In this document: piece by piece, positions 62,295-64,000 of the stretch
How the letters are laid out: the number at the start of each line of letters is the position of its first letter
Position numbering within the stretch: position 1 is the first letter of the stretch
Origin: an uncultured Planctomycetota bacterium
GTDB taxonomy: Bacteria; Planctomycetota; Planctomycetia; Isosphaerales; Isosphaeraceae
Direction: 5' to 3'
Length of the DNA: 64,000 nucleotides
Assembly: GCA_963737655.1 (NCBI GenBank)
Contig: CAVTTN010000002.1
Span: 4,384,001-4,448,000 of the forward strand
Made by a program: the position numbers and the translations under genes
The notes under the pieces: model-generated
The model's database searches: none
Told to the model about the DNA's origin: nothing
What the model saw: the letters and a program-made list of their open reading frames with translations, nothing else

Positions 62295-63014
62295 TCACCA
62301 TCCTCGATTCCGAATCCGCCGCCCGGGGTGAGCTTTCCGGACCTCGGCATCCGTCGGATCGATTCGTGGAGGTACTCCGCCTCTCGGCGGATCTCGGCCA
62401 ACGGGCGGGAGGACGGCACGCGTCCGAGCTCGCCACGCAATCCCGCAGACGACCAGCGCCAGGACGCAGGCAGCGATCCCCGGTCGGGGCGGGTTGAGGC
62501 CGTCAAAAGCCCGCGATGGGATCAGCGCCTTGCCCGTCCACTCCGGTGATGAGGCCAGGATCTCGAAATCCTTGACCTCGACCTCTCCGGAGGCGTCGAT
62601 GATCTGGACGAGCTTGCCCGAGTGACCGACGGGGCGAATCGCGACGAAGTGGCCACTCGGACCCATTTGAAGATGGACGATCGCCGGTCTGTCGATGGGC
62701 CAGACCCTCTCGTCGAGTCGGACGCCGCGGAGGCAAAGGCCGAGGGAGGACGCAGCCGTGACGATCTCAGAAAGCGAACGGTTGTCTGACGGCTTATCGC
62801 CCATCGCACGAGCCACGGAAGACAGAGGAGCCGGAATCTCCTCCAATTGGCATAAGACGTACAGCGAGGCGACACTACAAGGCGGAGTGTCCGTGTTCGT
62901 AACGACCTCCGCGCTCGATGCCTGCGGCCCTCCACCCAGGAAGCAGAGGACGAGAAGGGAGGGTCGAGAGATCGCCTTCGAGATCCTGCCCAAAGGGCAT
63001 GTGATGGCTGGCAT
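62295..63014 (-). CDS. C39-like cysteine peptidase domain protein with C-terminal TM
   Basis: CSVASLY..SLSEI..A..LGL..PAIVHL..GHFV..IID. Confidence 0.7.
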   Translation of the reverse strand: MPAITCPLGRISKAISRPSLLVLCFLGGGPQASSAEVVTNTDTPPCSVASLYVLCQLEEIPAPLSSVARAMGDKPSDNRSLSEIVTAASSLGLCLRGVRLDERVWPIDRPAIVHLQMGPSGHFVAIRPVGHSGKLVQIIDASGEVEVKDFEILASSPEWTGKALIPSRAFDGLNPPRPGIAACVLALVVCGIAWRARTRAVLPPVGRDPPRGGVPPRIDPTDAEVRKAHPGRRIRNRGW

Positions 63015-64000
63015 CACTCCCTCCACTTTCGGAAACCGGCGACGATGAGGCAGGCCGACCCGATGGTGAGCAAGCCCAGCCGGGCCGCCCCGGCCCAAGT
63101 CCACGATTCGCGCGAAGGGGCCGAGGCTTCGAGCGCCTTCGCCTGGCCATCGGCTTCCGCGATCACGCGGCGGATCCGATCTTCCACGCCTCTTGGGCCG
63201 GATCGTCGAGGCCCCTGGGCCTCGAATCGCTCCTTCGATTTCCGGAGTCCGTCCGAAGCCGGGGTCGCCTCCCAATCCAGCGAGAAGCGGCGGTCCGGGA
63301 GATCCTGATTGACGCGGACGCTCCCGTCCACGACCTCGAACGTCTCCTCGAAGACGGGCGTCTTGAGGAACCTGATCCCCGTGGGCTCAATCGTCAGGAA
63401 AGAGAGCCGCCGGCCGCGAACCGGTAGCCAGAAGACCTTATCACCGACCTCGAATCTCCCCAGACCGATCTCGTCGGCCTGCATCCGAAGGTTGTCGGTA
63501 TCAAAATAGTCGTATCGCAGGGGGTTCGCCCCTCGCTGCATGTCCAACCAAAACTTATGCGTATAAGCATCTTTCTGAAACCCGGGCGGCCGGTACACGA
63601 TTTCGACCTTGAGGCACATCCGCTCCGAGCAGCGTTCCCATCCGGCCACCCGTACGTGATAGAGGCTCGGGTCCTGTCTCAGGAGCAGGAGGAAGTGAGG
63701 GAGCAGGAAGATCCGAAGCGGCGAGCGCTGCTCGTCCAAGGAGCCGATGTACCCAGAGACCGCCTCGCGCCGGGACAACTGGAGCCTGCCGTCGGGCCTG
63801 CGATTCTGCCCCCGGACCGAGCCGTTCAGCAGGCATTTCGTCGCGTGCGTCAGGGGAGCGGTCGGGTTGGAAGGCTGGACGTAGACATCGATGTGGGCGG
63901 CGTCGTCCCGACGATAGGCGAACGCCCCCTGATACGACTCCTCGAAGGGATCATGAGCGCCGGGAGGCACCTTGGTTTTTCGGTAGCGGTGATACATGCT
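63014..64000 (-). CDS. Hypothetical exported-type protein with C-terminal TM, 5' end outside the window
   Basis: Open frame to the window edge; KFWLD..G..P, VNQDLPD..F; TGATG coupling to the C39 gene. Confidence 0.65.
   Translation of the reverse strand, partial: SMYHRYRKTKVPPGAHDPFEESYQGAFAYRRDDAAHIDVYVQPSNPTAPLTHATKCLLNGSVRGQNRRPDGRLQLSRREAVSGYIGSLDEQRSPLRIFLLPHFLLLLRQDPSLYHVRVAGWERCSERMCLKVEIVYRPPGFQKDAYTHKFWLDMQRGANPLRYDYFDTDNLRMQADEIGLGRFEVGDKVFWLPVRGRRLSFLTIEPTGIRFLKTPVFEETFEVVDGSVRVNQDLPDRRFSLDWEATPASDGLRKSKERFEAQGPRRSGPRGVEDRIRRVIAEADGQAKALEASAPSRESWTWAGAARLGLLTIGSACLIVAGFRKWRE

Overview
High-GC bacterial chromosome segment. Gene content (LEPR-XLL-type secreted protease, Zn-ribbon signal peptidases, short SecA paralog, C39-like peptidase) points to a planctomycete, probably Isosphaeraceae-like; this is an inference. 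About 55 genes are present, mostly housekeeping and metabolic: pabB-pabC-NIF3, a Tat-exported xanthine-dehydrogenase-family (PaoABC-like) molybdoenzyme, kdsB, lepA-lepB-lepB-lptB, a heptosyltransferase, murB-ftsQ-like, a secA paralog and rsmE. No rRNA, tRNA, CRISPR array or transposase was recognised. Most notable: (1) a scrambled, minimal complex I-like cluster (fused nuoBCD, nuoI, A, H, J, K, N; no nuoL/M/E/F/G) with two paralogous PD-(D/E)xK-like genes and a secreted protein intercalated, and HEPN/cupin genes at its tail; (2) a dense set of REP/REPIN-like palindromes of at least four families that share a spacer core, supply TAG stop codons to four genes, nest inside IS-like terminal repeats and sit next to tandem repeats; (3) several apparent pseudo-enzymes (MurB, GH38-like, PaoB-like subunit without Fe-S ligands). 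Seven genes carry eight single-base frameshifts that look like long-read assembly errors.
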